Virus record (IMG/VR): IMGVR_UViG_3300029258_002096
Location: 1-52,541 of that record
DNA: 52,541 nt
Origin: a virus
Direction: 5' to 3' (one strand)
Shown here: piece by piece, positions 1-7,438 of the stretch
Layout: each line of letters starts with the position of its first letter
Position numbering within the stretch: the first letter of the stretch is position 1
Made by a program: the position numbers and the translations under genes
Notes under the pieces: generated by a model
What the model saw: only the letters and a program-made list of their open reading frames with translations
Told to the model about the DNA's origin: nothing
Database searches by the model: none

Positions 1-214
1 GATGCCAGAACTTCGTGGAATTGCTGATAAACTATCAAAAATGTTTAATGCACCTGATTATCCAAAACAAGGTGGGCCAGTAGAGGCTATAAAATTATTA
101 AATAGAGCACTTGATATTTTGGGGGAAGGCAGTTGCCGGTGAACCTATTAATAACCGGTGAGGTACACAAGATCAAAAATAACAATAGTGTGTAATATGC
201 TAAAAAGGTGATTT

Positions 215-481
215 GTGGGCACAAAATTTGATAAAATCATGAAAGTCAGGATTAATGGGGATGACAAGAGACTTTTCCGTGAAGCTTCAATTCATATTTA
301 TGGTGATGAAAGTTTGAGTAGATTTATCAGAGATGCTGGATTTGCGTTTATTGAACTAAAAAATGGTTTTGTTGAGCGAGAATTAGATAAAGAATATTTC
401 CCAACAGGGAGACGATATTTGAGGTTTATTAAGCCATACAAAAAAGGGAAAAGACGGAGACATTGGGAAGGGCAAACATAA
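215..481 (+). CDS. small ribbon-helix-helix/CopG-like DNA-binding protein
   Basis: N-terminal KVRINGDDKRLFREAS...LSRFIRDA has an RHH-like pattern; stop overlaps the next ATG (TAATG at 479-483). Confidence 0.45.
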   Translation: MGTKFDKIMKVRINGDDKRLFREASIHIYGDESLSRFIRDAGFAFIELKNGFVERELDKEYFPTGRRYLRFIKPYKKGKRRRHWEGQT

Positions 482-1224
482 TGAAAAAATATATTTGGTT
501 GATCGCTTTTATTTTGATTTCCTGCCAACCCGAAACGCCGGATACTCCGCCCGAGGAGCCGCCAGAGGAACCGTGTATCTGGGGAAGCCTAAGCTGTAAC
601 ATCATTGGGGATCCAACGAATGAGTTCAGCCTGAAAATGATCAATGAATTGAATTTGTCCGTTGATTCCATCGGCTTAGTATGTCTGGAAGGAAATTATC
701 CAGACCGGATCGATCAGGCTGTTTGGGGTGGCGAGCGGTTTTTTGGCAGAAACAACGACGGCGTGCGTGGGACACAATGGAGCCGACAGATCAATCTGGC
801 TCCGGGTGATAGCGTGCCGAACAATTACATTGAGTTGGATGGCACGGGCGAAGTGTTAATTTATGTTGTCATCAACACGTTGTATATTGAGCGAACTCTA
901 AGTGATACCGTCGTTTTCTGGGCCGAGCAGGATACCGCTCCACCCGACACCGTCGGTCTTGCATCGGCAGTGGTGAGTTGGGACCCAAACACGGAATCGG
1001 ATTTGGCGGGTTATCGGGTGTACTATGGATTGACGTCAGGCAAATATACGGTTTTTTTCGATGTCGGAGACGTCACCCATTTTCAAATCGACGGCTTCAG
1101 AAAAAACATAACTTACTACTTTGCCGTAACGGCCTACGACGAGAACGGGAACGAGAGTCCGTATTCAGTAGAAGTAGCGTGGCAATGGGGAGCAACTAAC
1201 GTAGAACTGAAAGGGTGGCTATGA
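481..1224 (+). CDS. lipoprotein with C-terminal fibronectin type III domain
   Basis: MKKYIWLIAFILISC lipobox-type signal; C-terminal VSWDPNTESDLAGYRVYYG...YYFAVTAYDENGNES is a typical FN3 pattern; start moved to ATG 481. Confidence 0.75.
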   Translation: MKKYIWLIAFILISCQPETPDTPPEEPPEEPCIWGSLSCNIIGDPTNEFSLKMINELNLSVDSIGLVCLEGNYPDRIDQAVWGGERFFGRNNDGVRGTQWSRQINLAPGDSVPNNYIELDGTGEVLIYVVINTLYIERTLSDTVVFWAEQDTAPPDTVGLASAVVSWDPNTESDLAGYRVYYGLTSGKYTVFFDVGDVTHFQIDGFRKNITYYFAVTAYDENGNESPYSVEVAWQWGATNVELKGWL

Positions 1225-1394
1225 ACAAAATGTGTGACTTTCACAACCCCCAAAAACTTGGATATTTACAATGGCATTCATGGGCCGAAGAAATGATAAA
1301 GAAGGGTGAAAAACAAAAGTATTGCCCCAAGTGCAAAAGATGGTTTTTTGATTGTGAATTTGGGGAAGCCAACAGGCAAACACAACATTTATAA
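1221..1394 (+). CDS. small Cys-containing phage hypothetical protein (57 aa, not in ORF track)
   Basis: Manual translation MNKMCDFHNPQKLGYLQWHSWAEEMIKKGEKQKYCPKCKRWFF...; ATGA overlap with upstream gene. Confidence 0.5.
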   Translation: MNKMCDFHNPQKLGYLQWHSWAEEMIKKGEKQKYCPKCKRWFFDCEFGEANRQTQHL

Positions 1395-1403
1395 GGCAAA
1401 TCA

Positions 1404-1772
1404 ATGCTTAAATATACCAAACAAGAGGTCATGCAAGAATTTTGGGGCTATTATCAAAAATATGGACATTGGCCGCGATATATCCCACAGGATACATTAA
1501 GCACTACATTTGTTTTTAGGGGGATAAAACGTTTTGGTAAACTATCAAAAGCTATTCAAGCGACAGAGCGGTGGCGTAAAAGACTGGATAGAGAAAAATG
1601 GTCTATCCCATGTGGAAGACAGCCCGACGATTTCTGGAAAGGTTGTTCCGATAGTCGATGTCATGCGAGGTGGCGATGTGAAATATGGCAAGGTGAAAAA
1701 GCTGAATTGGAAAGATTTAGAAAGAGCTTGAATATTAGTAAAAAAAGTATTATATTGAATGAGATTTATTAG
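1404..1772 (+). CDS. hypothetical protein, weak resemblance to homing-endonuclease-associated helical repeat
   Basis: ORF track; YYQKYGHWP...KRFGKLSKAI pattern; Cys-rich C-terminus. Confidence 0.4.
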   Translation: MLKYTKQEVMQEFWGYYQKYGHWPRYIPQDTLSTTFVFRGIKRFGKLSKAIQATERWRKRLDREKWSIPCGRQPDDFWKGCSDSRCHARWRCEIWQGEKAELERFRKSLNISKKSIILNEIY

Positions 1773-1789
1773 TTGAAAGGAGTGGGGTT

Positions 1790-1975
1790 ATGGAGAATGG
1801 TTATAAGTATGAAGATAAGGATGGAGATTTCTTAGAAGTGTATATTATTGGTGAGTTTATAGCATTTTGCATTAATGATGGTGATGAAATTTATGTTCCA
1901 CCTGAAGATGTTAGTAAAATTATTAAAAATATTGAAAATGTGGGCAGGGAGGTTGAAGAAAGAATCTCTAAATAA
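1790..1975 (+). CDS. hypothetical protein
   Basis: 61-aa ORF with upstream AAAGGAG RBS. Confidence 0.5.
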   Translation: MENGYKYEDKDGDFLEVYIIGEFIAFCINDGDEIYVPPEDVSKIIKNIENVGREVEERISK

Positions 1976-2062
1976 GCCGTCCGCCCTAAATTTAGCATAA
2001 GCCGCGCGAAGGCATAGAAACAAATGCAAATATTTGTTATGTGCCGAAACGAAAGGGGTTTT

Positions 2063-2335
2063 ATGAAATTGAGAGAATACACAGATGAACAGATAGATAA
2101 ATATGGGAATGATTTTAACATAGATGTAATAAGAGAGGCTAATATAGATTTTAAAGAATGGTATGATCATAAAAAGTATCTTTGGAAAAAACCAACTAAA
2201 GATTTACCATGCCAAATATGTTATGAATGGCGGAGATTTCCAAAAGGACAAAGACATTTTGGGTATGCTTGGTGGAGAATTTGTAGTAAGGAATGTACGT
2301 GCTCCCACCATAAAGAAGAAGTGTGGATGGCATAG
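2063..2335 (+). CDS. cassette-encoded hypothetical protein
   Basis: ATG 2063 after AAAGGGG RBS, inside cassette 2036-2344; stop just before the inverse core site. Confidence 0.65.
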   Translation: MKLREYTDEQIDKYGNDFNIDVIREANIDFKEWYDHKKYLWKKPTKDLPCQICYEWRRFPKGQRHFGYAWWRICSKECTCSHHKEEVWMA

Positions 2336-2337
2336 GC

Positions 2338-2444
2338 ACATAACGTCTGTCATAATGTGCCGGTGGAGTTGTGAGGCTGAACCCGATTTCGGCGGATCTC
2401 TTCCTCGGTACAGGGCGGGGGTCACATTCATGACATTGTTATGC
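2338..2444 (+). other. attC-like site (107 bp)
   Basis: ACATAAC...TGTCATAATGTGCC pairs with GG[T]CACATT[C]ATGACA...GTTATGC; two unpaired bases 6 nt apart. Confidence 0.85.
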
Positions 2445-2478
2445 GGCGAAACGAAATTATAAAAAGGAGAAAATTGCA

Positions 2479-2736
2479 ATGTATGACTACAATGTTGAGA
2501 AAAAAAAGATATTTACGGATGAGGGACAACGTGAGTTTTTGAAAGTTAGAGATAAGGCAAGACAGCTTCTGGATGAGGGTGGGGCATTCATGATGTTTTC
2601 TGCGCTTACGGATATTTCCGGTGACACATCATGGACAATGATGGCTTATGTTGACAGGCTTGTTGAGCTTGGTGAAATACGTGAAATTACAAAACCTGGG
2701 GTTGCGGGGCAAGACCGAGTTTTTGTAGCCGCATAA
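2479..2736 (+). CDS. cassette-encoded hypothetical protein
   Basis: AAAGGAG RBS; stop TAA lies within the inverse core GCATAAC. Confidence 0.75.
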   Translation: MYDYNVEKKKIFTDEGQREFLKVRDKARQLLDEGGAFMMFSALTDISGDTSWTMMAYVDRLVELGEIREITKPGVAGQDRVFVAA

Positions 2737-2948
2737 CGTCAATGCTCTGCGGTGAAACGGCGGGGTAAGAGAAAGGATAAAAAAATGGAATTTCCAGAAA
2801 TTGATAGAAAATCATGGTTTTATCAGAATTGCAAGCGTAATCGCAGGGTTGGTGCAAAGTGCTGTGATGTATGCCCTTTTAAGGAGGGTATTGAAGATCA
2901 GGAAAGCGGTGTTGGGCGGGTTTCATCCGTAGCAGCAACGGGTTATGC
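2731..2948 (+). other. expanded attC-like site with 161-bp loop containing a gene start
   Basis: Left arm TGCTCTGCGGTGAAAC 2743-2758 pairs with GTTTCA[T]CCGTAG[C]AGCA 2920-2937; GCATAAC/GTTATGC ends. Confidence 0.75.
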
Positions 2949-3147
2949 CGGGCCGGGCAGTGAGGAAGGGACGGGCTGGCGGCTTACTGACGAAGAAAAG
3001 CCGATGGAAGAAGGATACAAAATGTGTTCAAACGGAAAAGGATTGTTACCATTTTTCGCTATGTACAGGGACGGTAATTTTTATCTTGACATGGAATTTA
3101 CTATACCGAAATACTGGCAAGAATTACCTAAGCCGCCAGAGGCATAA
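2785..3147 (+). CDS. fusion protein: Cys-rich N-terminus plus DUF551-like C-terminal domain
   Basis: WRLTDEEKP...YWQELPKPP is a DUF551-type W..P/W..LP.PP pattern; frame runs through the attC right arm; ATG 2785 follows AAAGGA. Confidence 0.65.
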   Translation: MEFPEIDRKSWFYQNCKRNRRVGAKCCDVCPFKEGIEDQESGVGRVSSVAATGYAGPGSEEGTGWRLTDEEKPMEEGYKMCSNGKGLLPFFAMYRDGNFYLDMEFTIPKYWQELPKPPEA

Positions 3148-3343
3148 CGCTAATTATAACCGGCTTGAGGCCGGGAGGTAAAAATGGATTGGGAACAGAT
3201 AGTTCAAGAAATGCTTAGTTGTTATTCAAATAAAAAATATTGGTATAAACATTTAGTTGGAAGAAAATGGGATATTGTAAAAGTTGCAGAGCATTTGCAA
3301 AAAAAGTTTGGTGGGGCAAGTCCGGTTCATAATCAAGTTATGC
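3142..3343 (+). other. expanded attC-like site with 149-bp loop containing a gene start
   Basis: ATTATAACCGGCTTG 3153-3167 pairs 15/15 with CAAG[T]CCGGTT[C]ATAAT 3317-3333; GCATAAC/GTTATGC ends. Confidence 0.8.
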
Positions 3344-3519
3344 CTGGCCGGGAAGATGCGGAGCGGAAGGGCAATCAGGGCGATATAATTGTCGGCAAGT
3401 ACAAACTTTGCGCTCATAATGCCGAAAACGGGCAAGTATGGCTTAAAGTGTGTAAGACTGGCGAAGGCGTTTTGCTCGGAGAGAAAGAAATTGAAGAATT
3501 ATATTTAAAACATTTTTAG
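3184..3519 (+). CDS. hypothetical fusion protein spanning an attC right arm
   Basis: GGAGG RBS; ASPVHNQVMP segment is encoded by the attC arm. Confidence 0.65.
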   Translation: MDWEQIVQEMLSCYSNKKYWYKHLVGRKWDIVKVAEHLQKKFGGASPVHNQVMPGREDAERKGNQGDIIVGKYKLCAHNAENGQVWLKVCKTGEGVLLGEKEIEELYLKHF

Positions 3520-3530
3520 CCCTGATTGGG

Positions 3531-3607
3531 GCATAACGGCTTGCGTTTAACCGGCAGAGGCAAGGACGTGGGCAGGGTGGCTGTCCGTGTTCTAACGCTG
3601 GTTATAC
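3531..3607 (+). other. attC-like site (77 bp)
   Basis: GCATAAC; GCGTTTAACCGGCAG vs CTG[T]CCGTGTT[C]TAACGC; GTTATAC. Confidence 0.8.
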
Positions 3608-3646
3608 GGGTTTGCCCTTTACCCTAAAAATATAAAGGAATGAATT

Positions 3647-3958
3647 ATGTGTAAACATAAAAGACTTGAATTGCGGGGGCATATCAGACCCGAAAATTTA
3701 TCAAAAAATGATATGTGGATTTCGGATTTATCTTTGGTTTGCATGGATTGTGGAGCACATTTATTGTATACCCCTAACAACCTTAAAAATATTATTAATA
3801 TTCCACATCCAGATAAATCTAATTGCAAACACCCATCAAATGTATTATCCTATGATTTGTGTGGTTTCGGAAGATGGACGTGTCTACAATGTGGGGAAAG
3901 AGGTATTTCATCTCCAGCATCTAAATTGGAGATAAGAACCTCTTGCAAACACGTATAA
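3647..3958 (+). CDS. cassette-encoded Cys/His-rich hypothetical protein
   Basis: AAAGGA RBS; CKH, CMDC and CLQC motifs; stop within inverse core GTATAAC. Confidence 0.7.
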   Translation: MCKHKRLELRGHIRPENLSKNDMWISDLSLVCMDCGAHLLYTPNNLKNIINIPHPDKSNCKHPSNVLSYDLCGFGRWTCLQCGERGISSPASKLEIRTSCKHV

Positions 3959-4021
3959 CGGACTGGTAATAACCTGAAAAACCGCTACACTGAATTTTAG
4001 GTTATTATACAGACGTTTAAT
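3953..4021 (+). other. degenerate attC-like site
   Basis: GTATAAC; GTAATAACCTGAAAA vs TTTTAGGTTATTATAC; right core degenerate (GTTTAAT). Confidence 0.5.
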
Positions 4022-4198
4022 TAATGGATGGGAATTCCAATTGATATATGATAATATTGGAGATTATTGCAAGGAGGAAACTACCTTATTTAAGCTGTGC
4101 CCTTTTTGCGGGAAGCGTTTTTAATCAAAACGGTTGAAAATAGATAGGTTGTGGAAGTATGGAAATCCGTAAAACGAGAAGTAGTGGGGTGTAAGAAT

Positions 4199-4609
4199 AT
4201 GAAATATACTCAGGAAGTTGTTGATGCTATTGTAGCCAGCCTAAGAGAAGGCGTACCCATAAAAAAGGTATGCGATCTTGTGGATATTAGTGAGGAAACA
4301 TTTTATGCGTGGCAAAGAGAAAAACCTGAATTTTCTGAGGTTGTAAAAAAAGCGCGTGCTGATAAAATAAAAGATATTTTAAGCCATATACGTACAGCGG
4401 GTGTGGGTGAGACAAGGGTACAAGTTCAGTGCCCGGATTGCAAGGCTAAATTTGAAACAACAATCACTTTACCCACAAAGGCGTGGCAGGCATTAGCATG
4501 GATACTTGAACGAACGGAGAACGAGGACTTTGGACGTAGGTATCAAGTAGGCGGAGGCAAGGAACCCATTAAACATATTATAGAGTTTGTGGATGGAGAC
4601 GATACATAG
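4199..4609 (+). CDS. terS: terminase small subunit
   Basis: N-terminal HTH (IKKVCDLVDISEETFYAW...PEFSEVVKKAR), AWILER motif, overlaps terL; start set at ATG 4199. Confidence 0.85.
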   Translation: MKYTQEVVDAIVASLREGVPIKKVCDLVDISEETFYAWQREKPEFSEVVKKARADKIKDILSHIRTAGVGETRVQVQCPDCKAKFETTITLPTKAWQALAWILERTENEDFGRRYQVGGGKEPIKHIIEFVDGDDT

Positions 4610-5882
4610 GATAGTCATTCCTGGTTATACAAATCCCAAAACTGGAAAGAGACACGAAGAACAAAAGCGATTCGTTGAAAGTGCCACTAAAAGGAAAATC
4701 GTCAAAGCTGGAAGGCGTGGTGGCAAAACTATTGGGTGTGGGAAAATAGCATTACATGGGTTTAGAGATGGAAAGAGGGTATTATATGGAGCTCCTACAG
4801 TAGAACAGGTAGGGGCTTTTTGGCATTTCATTAATACGGTTTTAGAGCCTGTTATATCAGAGAAGATATTATTCAGGGACAAGAATTTACATATTATTGA
4901 AGTGCCAAATACGGATATTAGGATAAAGGCTAAAACGGCTTGGAATGCAGATACACTAAGGGGTGACTGGGCGGATATACTCATTCTTGACGAATTTCAA
5001 TTAATGAATGAAGACGCCTGGGAGATTGTTGGTGCTCCGATGCTTTTAGATAACAATGGTGATGCTGTTTTTATTTTTACCCCCCCAAGTTTTAGGATGA
5101 GGGGGGTTACTAAAGCCTTTGATCCCCGCCACGCTTCTAAAATGTTCAAAAAAGCACAGAAGGATACATCTGGTCGCTGGGAAGCATTTCATTTCACGAG
5201 TTACGCAAATCCATTTATTGACGAACGGGCCCTTGACGAAATTGCTATAGATATGACCCAACTTGCCTATAAGCAAGAAATCTTAGCCGAAGACATTGAT
5301 GACGTTCCCGGAGCCCTGTGGACACAAGCAATCATTGATAATACAAGAGTCAGTGAAGCACCAAGAATGAAAAGAATCGTTGTAGGTGTCGATCCCCAAG
5401 GAAAAAAGAAAGATTCATCGGAAACGGGTATTATTGTTGCTGGACTTGGGTATGATAATCATGGATACGTTTTGGCGGATTATTCTATTAATGCGAGACC
5501 GGAGGGGTGGGCTGAAAGCGTTACGCAAGCTTTTGAGGAAAACGAAGCAGACAGAGTTATCGCAGAAAAGAACTATGGTGGTGATATGGTCAAGAGTGTG
5601 ATTCAGTCAGCGGGGCCTAATTTACCCGTTAGATTGATAACAGCATCACGGGGCAAGACAATACGGGCCGAACCCATATCATTCCAATATGAAGAGGGAA
5701 ACGTACACCATGTTGGCATATTCCCAAAATTGGAAGATGAAATGTGTACCTATACACCCGGCAGCGGCTGGAGTCCCAATAGGATGGATGCCCTTGTTTG
5801 GGCGTTAAAGGAATTGTTACCCATAAAAGGCAGGGTATCTTCTTCTCCTGTCAAACTTGGTGAACCAAGACCCATAGATTAA
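4593..5882 (+). CDS. terL: terminase large subunit
   Basis: Walker A AGRRGGKT, Walker B ILILDE, nuclease VGVDP and NRMDALVW. Confidence 0.95.
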   Translation: METIHRIVIPGYTNPKTGKRHEEQKRFVESATKRKIVKAGRRGGKTIGCGKIALHGFRDGKRVLYGAPTVEQVGAFWHFINTVLEPVISEKILFRDKNLHIIEVPNTDIRIKAKTAWNADTLRGDWADILILDEFQLMNEDAWEIVGAPMLLDNNGDAVFIFTPPSFRMRGVTKAFDPRHASKMFKKAQKDTSGRWEAFHFTSYANPFIDERALDEIAIDMTQLAYKQEILAEDIDDVPGALWTQAIIDNTRVSEAPRMKRIVVGVDPQGKKKDSSETGIIVAGLGYDNHGYVLADYSINARPEGWAESVTQAFEENEADRVIAEKNYGGDMVKSVIQSAGPNLPVRLITASRGKTIRAEPISFQYEEGNVHHVGIFPKLEDEMCTYTPGSGWSPNRMDALVWALKELLPIKGRVSSSPVKLGEPRPID

Positions 5883-5919
5883 GAAGGGGGTTATTATAGA
5901 TACCAAATTAAATCAGGGG

Positions 5920-6141
5920 TTGTTAAACCTTGCACAACATATTACAAATATGTGCATAGAGGATTTGAGTGGAGATTCAAATAAATGGAATGTAGTCGGT
6001 GTTATTATTCCAGATGATACATTATTGGCAATTGTGAAATATGATAATGGGAAACAGGCAAGAATTACTGGATTGTGGGCATCTAAATTGAAGAGACTAA
6101 GTTGTGGGGATGGGGTTGATGATTCCGTCTCTGAAAAGTAG
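5920..6141 (+). CDS. hypothetical protein
   Basis: ORF track; start uncertain. Confidence 0.4.
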   Translation: MLNLAQHITNMCIEDLSGDSNKWNVVGVIIPDDTLLAIVKYDNGKQARITGLWASKLKRLSCGDGVDDSVSEK

Positions 6142-6176
6142 CCGCCATAACAAATAGCTGAAGAAAGGAAAATGAC

Positions 6177-6374
6177 ATGACAGCAGGGGTAGAAAAGATT
6201 TGGGCTGTATATAAAAGATGTTGGCCGAATAGAATTGTGGCTTTATATAAGGACGAAGAAGCCGCATTAGAACATTCTAAAATCAGGAAAAATTACAAAA
6301 CAGAATGTTGGGCCGTATTTGAGAATTGTGACCAATCTATGGAATATTACATATGGAATATTAAAAATAGGTGA
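6177..6374 (+). CDS. hypothetical protein
   Basis: AAAGGA RBS; 65 aa. Confidence 0.5.
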   Translation: MTAGVEKIWAVYKRCWPNRIVALYKDEEAALEHSKIRKNYKTECWAVFENCDQSMEYYIWNIKNR

Positions 6375-6590
6375 GGAAAAGTTTTTGATCTGGTTAAAAT
6401 AGTGAAAAGGGAAAATGCGCGAAACAACCAAGGTGAGGCATGATGAAATCCGCCATGTGTTAGAGGGGCGGATAGAAACATTAAGGCAGCGTGGCGTACG
6501 TGATTACGTCCGGCGGGCTTGTGAGGATTTGTCCAAAGAGGTCGGCTATACAGCGAGGACATTAAGGGATTGGTACTATGAAATCTAATA

Positions 6591-6884
6591 ATGGAGCAAT
6601 GTTTGAAGATGAACAAATATAAAAAAATAAAAGAATGGATGTCTGAAACAAATAGCAGTAGCGGGTTAGTCAGTGGTGGGAATCAGGGAAAGGGTGGGCC
6701 ACAAAATGCGGGTGGGGTATGTAAATGGACATATCGAACACTTGGGGATTATGACCCATATCATACAACAAGTTGTGGAAATGATATAACATTACATCAG
6801 GGTTGTGAATGGGTTGAAACAGATTATAAATTCTGTCCTTTTTGTGGCAATAAAATTGTGGGGAAGCATTTTGTGTGTGGCTAA
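6591..6884 (+). CDS. Cys-rich hypothetical protein (CKW...TSCG...CPFCG) fused across an attC right arm
   Basis: TAGCAGTAGCGGGTTAGTC at ~6653-6671 resembles the right arm at 2930-2948; stop in GGCTAAC 6879-6885. Confidence 0.6.
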   Translation: MEQCLKMNKYKKIKEWMSETNSSSGLVSGGNQGKGGPQNAGGVCKWTYRTLGDYDPYHTTSCGNDITLHQGCEWVETDYKFCPFCGNKIVGKHFVCG

Positions 6885-6954
6885 CGCCGCCAATAACCAG
6901 GCGGCTGAGGAGCGGAGCGACGAAGACGATCCGCGTTAATTAGCCTTGTTATGT
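6879..6954 (+). other. attC-like site (76 bp)
   Basis: GGCTAAC...AATAACCAGGCG...GGAGCGGAGCGACG...TCCGCGTTAATTAG...GTTATGT; classic attC layout with GCGGAGCG centre. Confidence 0.8.
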
Positions 6955-7290
6955 TTTTACTTTGGAGATAACGATGATTAGCAAAAAATTTGGGGAAGAT
7001 TTTAACAGCACCCGTGGCGCACTTACCTTGGATGTTTCAGAAGTAACGGACTCCGATGCTACGGGTGGAGTCCATACGAAAACACACGCAGACGGATGGA
7101 CAATTACAGGTGAAGTACACGAGGACTATTACACATGGGTTAATTCATTTAGTGCCACACACCCTGAATACGGAACGGTGGCTGGTGACTTTGAAGATGA
7201 AGTAACGGCAACCTCTGAGGAAGGGTTTAAGCACTTCTGGCAGCACCATCGGCCTACTGAGTGGGACTATAGTAATATTTAAAACATAAC
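6948..7290 (+). mobile_element. integron-like gene cassette between terL and portal
   Basis: GTTATGTTTT 6948-6957 is the exact reverse complement of AAAACATAAC 7281-7290. Confidence 0.8.
6974..7282 (+). CDS. cassette-encoded acidic hypothetical protein
   Basis: GGAG RBS at 6964, ATG 6974; fills the cassette. Confidence 0.75.
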   Translation: MISKKFGEDFNSTRGALTLDVSEVTDSDATGGVHTKTHADGWTITGEVHEDYYTWVNSFSATHPEYGTVAGDFEDEVTATSEEGFKHFWQHHRPTEWDYSNI

Positions 7291-7369
7291 ATAAACGGCA
7301 TGCTTTAATGAAAAGAAATTAGGGCAGGATTGTAAATATTTTTTCTATACGTTATTTGCGTATACTTGC

Positions 7370-7398
7370 TTGACAAATTAATAATATAATATTAAATT
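7370..7398 (+). promoter_or_regulatory. putative sigma70 promoter upstream of portal
   Basis: TTGACA 7370-7375, 17 nt, TAAATT 7393-7398. Confidence 0.5.
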
Positions 7399-7438
7399 AA
7401 TATCCGTTGAATGTTATCCTAATTCGGCGGAGTTTATT

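Larger units (their letters stand above)
2036..4021 (+). mobile_element. array of five integron-like gene cassettes without integrase (CALIN-like)
   Basis: Core/inverse-core pairs: GTTATGTGCC 2036-2045/GGCACATAAC 2335-2344; GTTATGCGGC 2438-2447/GCCGCATAAC 2728-2737; GTTATGCC 2942/GGCATAAC 3141-3148; GTTATGCC 3337/GGCATAAC 3530-3537; GTTATACG 3601/CGTATAAC 3952-3959; modules joined by attC-like hairpins. Confidence 0.85.

Noticed and set aside
1194-1220. AACTAACGTAGAACTG as an attC left end
   Set aside because: No matching GTTAGTT core upstream and no pairing arm found
6141-6165. GCCGCCATAACAAATAGC as an inverse core site
   Set aside because: No complementary core upstream and no right arm nearby
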